Shown: in pieces, positions 63,529-64,000 of the stretch
Layout: each line of letters opens with the position of its first letter
Position numbering within the stretch: the first letter of the stretch is position 1
Assembly: GCA_044892525.1 (NCBI GenBank)
Contig: CM097885.1
Span: 47,865,727 to 47,929,726, forward strand
DNA length: 64,000 nt
DNA from: Schmidtea polychroa
Taxonomy: Eukaryota
Direction of reading: 5' to 3'
Translations under genes and position numbers: made by a program
The notes under the pieces: model-generated
Database searches by the model: none
What the model saw: the letters and a program-made list of their open reading frames with translations, nothing else
What the model was told of the DNA's origin: nothing

Positions 63529-63872
63529 TGAAATTGTATTTGAAAATTTAAAAAATAATAATATTTATGCAAAGCATGTGCAATAATTATGTCTTTGTTA
63601 ATTAAGTAAACTTTAGTGTCAAAATAAGTTTTTAAAATATTTTTAAATTTAAAATACCGCAACTTAATATATTTTTGTTCTACCCCTTCATTGATTTAAG
63701 TTGGTCAGAATTTAATAATAATTATATTATATCCTTTGAGACATGTTGAATGTGAGTAGTACACCTTTGACCATTACCCATATGAGCAATACCCATAAAG
63801 GGACAGAATATTTTGTCGGATAGATTAAGAGTATATATATTGATAATAATATTCCCCGTGCGCGTAATAATA

Positions 63873-63960
<88 letters not shown>

Positions 63961-64000
63961 TGAAATTGTATTTGAAAATGTTATGAACTGTGGAGATGAT
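58795..64000 (-). repeat. Right arm of giant inverted repeat
   Basis: Matches 52966-58096; differences seen were microsatellite and homopolymer lengths. Confidence 0.97.

Larger units (their letters stand above)
51705..64000. mobile_element. Non-autonomous Polinton-related giant palindromic element, right end outside window
   Basis: Starts AGTAGTAGG then a C-run; shares terminal-region motifs with the first Maverick; mirror symmetry about ~58445. Confidence 0.75.

Overview
AT-rich eukaryotic (probably animal) DNA with very short 41-54 bp GT-AG introns. (1) 1-16261: the right-hand 16 kb of a mildly decayed Polinton/Maverick (adintovirus-type endogenous virus). It carries pPolB, a cysteine protease, major and minor capsid proteins, core proteins, an integrase-chromodomain and a packaging ATPase. 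Its accessory block has a TBP-like gene, a spliced Bcl-2 homologue and a signal-peptide/GPI-like protein; several of its genes have spliceosomal introns. Its terminal region is a dense array of TGACTCA and TGACCTTGA motifs. (2) 16.3-51.6 kb: host DNA with two spliced genes (GPC1/GPCAT-like acyltransferase, DDX5/DDX17 helicase) among many decayed hAT, piggyBac, MULE and Tc2 elements and MITEs. (3) 51705-64000: a second element that starts with a Polinton-type AGTAGT terminus and lacks recognisable core genes. It forms a giant palindrome with arms of at least 5.1 kb and a 698 bp spacer, shares terminal motifs and a gene remnant with the first Maverick, and is punctuated by a repeated ~90 bp motif. 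All family assignments are by eye; no searches were run.
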